This document shows positions 25,441-25,552 of a stretch of DNA of 25,552 nt, one piece after another. The DNA comes from a bacterium (GTDB taxonomy: Bacteria > Patescibacteriota > Microgenomatia > Daviesbacterales > UBA10151), in assembly GCA_021786105.1 (NCBI GenBank), contig JAJYNW010000021.1:1-25552 (forward strand), written 5' to 3'. The position numbers and the translations under genes were made by a program. Under the pieces are notes generated by a model. It did not search any database and was not told the origin of the DNA. It was given only the letters and a program-made list of their open reading frames with translations. Position 1 is the first letter of the stretch, and each line of letters begins with the position of its first letter.

Positions 25441-25552
25441 CTGACCCACCTGCACTTATTCCAGGAAATTAACTAATTTGCATTTAAGGGGTAGCTTATG
25501 GGCAAAATTAATGGACAGGACCTCCTGTTGAGAGAAGGTGAACTGTCCATTA
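25441..25552. repeat. 112-bp inverted repeat, right copy (runs to the window edge)
   Basis: Exact reverse complement of 5..116. Confidence 0.97.

Noticed and set aside
1-25552. Linear phage or plasmid with terminal inverted repeats, or a composite transposon
   Set aside because: Content is core chromosomal (tyrS, recG, rpmF, rnc, rpsP, trmD), with no replication, capsid or transposase genes.

Overview
AT-rich chromosomal segment, most likely from a Patescibacteria/CPR bacterium of the Microgenomates type (inferred from gene content and protein style; TGA is used as a stop). The left half has a small accessory cassette (DUF6883/DUF4926-like pair), a membrane protein, an archaeal-type TyrRS, recG, rpmF-nusB-acpP-like-rnc, rpsP-khpA-trmD, a kinase-like ORF and a damaged PaaX-like gene. 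The right half is a minus-strand type IV pilus locus with pilMNO, ten pilin/PilX-like genes and a prepilin peptidase, interrupted by two GT-C-type glycosyltransferases and a four-helix-bundle gene. Structure not explained by the ORFs: (1) a perfect 112-bp inverted repeat at the two window ends; (2) 48-bp heptamer-built inverted arms around the four-helix-bundle gene, plus other 7-bp-period tracts at gene boundaries and in pilin leaders, one of which sets a pilin's reading frame; (3) two related CGGCCG-centred palindromes bracketing the PaaX-like gene; (4) a synonymously diverged duplicate of a gene 3' end flanking the toxin/immunity-like pair; (5) palindromic elements translated in frame inside recG and a pilin leader. 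All family calls are by motif recognition only; no searches were run.
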